64,000 nucleotides of DNA from contig JAYWIR010000002.1 in the NCBI GenBank assembly GCA_036172245.1, forward strand, positions 5,704,001 through 5,768,000. Reading direction: 5' to 3'. The notes under the pieces are model-generated. The model worked only from the letters and a program-made list of their open reading frames with translations, had not been told where the DNA came from and did no database searches. Made by a program: the position numbers and the translations under genes. Shown one piece after another: positions 60,886-64,000 of this stretch (position 1 is the first letter of the stretch; the number at the start of each line of letters is the position of its first letter). Source of the DNA: Raillietiella orientalis. Lineage: Eukaryota.

Positions 60886-63329
60886 AGTTATTGCCCATTC
60901 CCGCTTTGGTGGACCAATTTTACTTCCACTTTCCAACCTCCTCCGTCTACTCTCCCACAACCACGTCGCGTTGTCGCAAACAACGCGACGTGGTTGTGGC
61001 AGCAACTCTGTAATGCGAATGTGACAATGCAACGGCGTTTCCCGAGATCCGGACGCGGCGGCACAAGCCGGGACGCGAGCAGGCAGGCTCAAACAAGGCA
61101 GCGGAAACTCCTGTTGCCAAAGGATAAGGAGAGAATGGTAGGACTGGACGCAAGCAACCGTGGAAATGAGAAGTTCTGCAGACTCAGAAGACCCCAACAC
61201 GGACTGTGTGGACATTTCAGTGCCCTCCAGGGAACAGTCCTTCTACAGCGGCAGAACCGGACATGTAGAGAGAGAGGTGGAGGCCGAGAAAGGGAACAGG
61301 CGCTCGTCATCACGGTTACACTGACGTCATCAGCAGTGCAAGGACGGAGCATCTTCTACGATGAAGGTAGCTAACATTCCACCGCCTCAAGGCACGCATG
61401 ATCGAGCAGCATAAGTATGCTCGCGGGACGCACTTTCGACGTGGGTAGGGCGTCCGACTCGAAGAGAGGACGAGGCGGCGCCAAACGATCTCGACGCGGC
61501 ATCCCGATGCTGGTGGTACGTGCCTGAGGAAGACGGCGCGCTACATGCATGGTTGGCGCGGTGCCCTAGAGGCGTCTTCACAGAAAGGGGACGCTTGGCC
61601 CCACAAGCACCCGGAGAGGGACGAACTGCTTGAATTTTCTCGCAGACGAGCCCGATTTGGAGCCCAGCACGGGTTCCCGGCTTCCTACGCTCCTTGGACA
61701 GCCTCGAGCTGCCCAAGGCACTGTTGCTGTTGCCGTTTGGCTGCTAAGAACTTTCGAGTCGCACGACGGCTCGGCACAGTGCAAAGCGGCTTACGTGGTA
61801 GTGGGTCATTCCCGGGATTTTATCTTTTTTTTTCCATTCCTTACTTTTATTTTTTTATCTATAGTTTCTCTCCAAGACACCTCTGGGATCCAGCGATCCG
61901 TCTAGTCGATGGCTCTTTGACTTCTTCCTCAGGAGAGCTAAGAGAACGGCTTTGCCGTTGTTCCCTTCTCCTCCTCCTCCTTCTCCTCAAAGAGAGGGTG
62001 GCAATTCAAAACCAAACGCATCAGAAACCCCTGGCTTTTGCTCATCGGAGAGGAAAAATCATCACCGTGAGGAATGGCCCTCGTAGTTTCAGATGAAGAG
62101 ATCGGTTTGGAGAACCAGAGATCAAATGGACTGTTCTGTTCCAGAAAAGCCTGGCCTGCTGCGCAGCGCTGAACGGGCGTACGGAGGTTGTCCCTTTGGG
62201 CTGTTCTGCCAAACTCCACACCCACACTGGGGACCAGAAGAGCATTCACTTCTCTCTTCACAAGAGAGGAACAAGGAGCACTTTGGAGAGCCATTTTTCC
62301 GACGAGGCTGAAGGCAGTAGAGAGATCACAAATCGGAGGAATCTTGCGTGATGGCAAGGAAATAAAAGTTGAAAGAAATCGCAGTGGTTTCATTCTTCTT
62401 GTCTTCGTCCAATCCTGTGGATACGTCCTGTGGAAACATCGCATGCGGAGCATCCAAGAACCTCCTTTTTTCATTGAGTTGCTGAGGGATGTTGGATTTC
62501 GCTGTCTCGAGATTCAGCATTCCTCAGCGACTCAGTGGCTCTTAAGAGAGGTCCCATTAATGCATCAACGGAGAATCGGTGCTTTGTCTCTTAGAGCCAC
62601 TCATCCGATATAAAAAAAAAAGGAAGAAGGAGAAAAGGAAAAAAGTAGGGAAGGTCAGAACGCAAGAAGACATCTCTTCCATGTGTGGGACATTCCCTGA
62701 GTCGATCTTCGCGTTCCTTTTGTACTCCTTTATCTGGCGTCTAATGACACGAGCAGCAGCTTTGCAGATTGATCTCTGTGAATCCCGCGCCTTTTGCGTT
62801 GGCGTACTCGCTGCTGAGGTCGCTCATCTCCTCACCCTTTCTTCGTCCACCAACTGCCTTCAGCACTTTTGTCGCAAGCGCTCGAGAAGTTCCTATGACC
62901 TTGAAGCCTTCCTTAGCTTCGAGGGGTGCAGCAGCATGTCTCCCGAATCTCCTCCATCCCGTGTGTGCGGAAGCACTCAAACGAGGGAACTGGGTTCCCC
63001 TTCCAGTCGGCGAAAGGAGGCTTTCGTGACCTGTGCTCCTCCAAGGTCACCCCTGTCGCGGCATCCCAGCTGCCATGGGATGAGCGCTTGAGGTTCGCTG
63101 ACCATTGGGTGAAGAGACTGTCGTCTCTTGAGTGGGGACAGGAAGGAAGGCTTCCGCACGGAAAGTAAAGGGAGACAACAGTTGCATCGCAGGAGCAGCT
63201 GCTAGATGGGTGGATCTCTCAGCGAAGCTCCAGGAAGGTCAGGGAATCTTCATAAAGCACCCTGATGCTCTGTTGCGGGTCCCTTCCGACAGAGTGCATT
63301 ACCTTCATTCCGGTGCCAGGAAGCCTTGC

Positions 63330-64000
63330 AGGCTTGAGGTCGCTGGATCTCCCCTGGGTGGTGCGATGGCAAATCCGAGGGAAGGATGCATGGTTGCTTG
63401 GAGGTCACCGACAGGACAGCCTGTCGAGGCACGGAAGGCGATTCAGGTCAACGTGGAGCAGCGAAGTGGGTGTCACTCCTTTCTGGAGAGTGGGTGCAGC
63501 CCCTTCAGGACTTTGATGGGATGTCTGAACAAGGACGCAGACTTTGGCAGACCAGTTCTTACTTCGTTCCCCAGGAAAAGAAAGACTAGAAAACAACGAA
63601 GGCAACAACAACCATGGAAAAATCCAGTTCTTATTGCTAGGGATCCTTTCAGCCAAGCTACGAGAAGAAACCAGCCAGTACGTAAGCGCCTCCTCCTCGC
63701 CGAAGGACAAGGCCAATCACTGGAACAGGGTGATGGCGCTCAAGTTCCTCTTTGCCGCGTCATTCCTCCCGATTTTTCCAAGGACGACAAAAGAGCTAAC
63801 CGGCATCCAGAAAAACCTGGTCTGGAGCGCAGAAAACCGAAGGCGAATCTGAAGTATGTCGCCCACGGACGAAGGAGGTACCAACATGCGCAACGTCGCC
63901 ACTGCCGTGAAGTACCAAGACCTCGAACATCCTGTCCGCATCGTCAGGATGCGTGGGGACCATTGGCTGTTCATGCTCCATCGCACCTTCGCTGGAACCG
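63330..64000 (+). mobile_element. Decayed L1/Tx1-like LINE reverse-transcriptase region
   Basis: LLGI..SPKDKANHWNRVMALKFLFAASFLPI..KELTGIQKNLVW..RI*SMSPTDEGGTNMRNV resembles the post-RT LS.GR..INS....P......FLW.....P..EGGLG block; a degenerate RGVRQGCP-like IQVNVEQRSGC lies upstream; stops and frameshifts are present. Confidence 0.45.

Overview
Eukaryotic (most likely arthropod) genomic DNA, not prokaryotic; most ORFs in the six-frame track are spurious products of GC-rich non-coding DNA. Four spliced protein-coding genes could be reconstructed by hand: a 5'-truncated SLC7/LAT-type amino-acid transporter (+, 927-9715), mitochondrial B12-dependent methylmalonyl-CoA mutase (-, 19679-24241, 14 exons), calpain-7 (-, 24335-28863, 11 exons) and a pyrokinin/PRXamide (neuromedin-U-like) GPCR (+, 51743-60199, 3' end not found). 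MUT and CAPN7 sit in an AT-rich, CpG-poor island (~15-33 kb) between GC-rich flanks. The most striking feature is their operon-like packing: only 93 bp separate the CAPN7 stop from the MUT ATG, and this gap holds a poly(A) signal immediately followed by a 3' splice acceptor with no local donor. This suggests a dicistronic or trans-spliced unit, or a shared non-coding leader exon. Most introns are ultra-short (40-60 bp). The rest of the window holds decayed transposons (Utopia/NeSL-like RLE retroelement, mariner, L1/Tx1-like), a tRNA-headed SINE-like family, a MITE-like foldback, several long hairpins and simple repeats. All coordinates were read by eye, with no database search.
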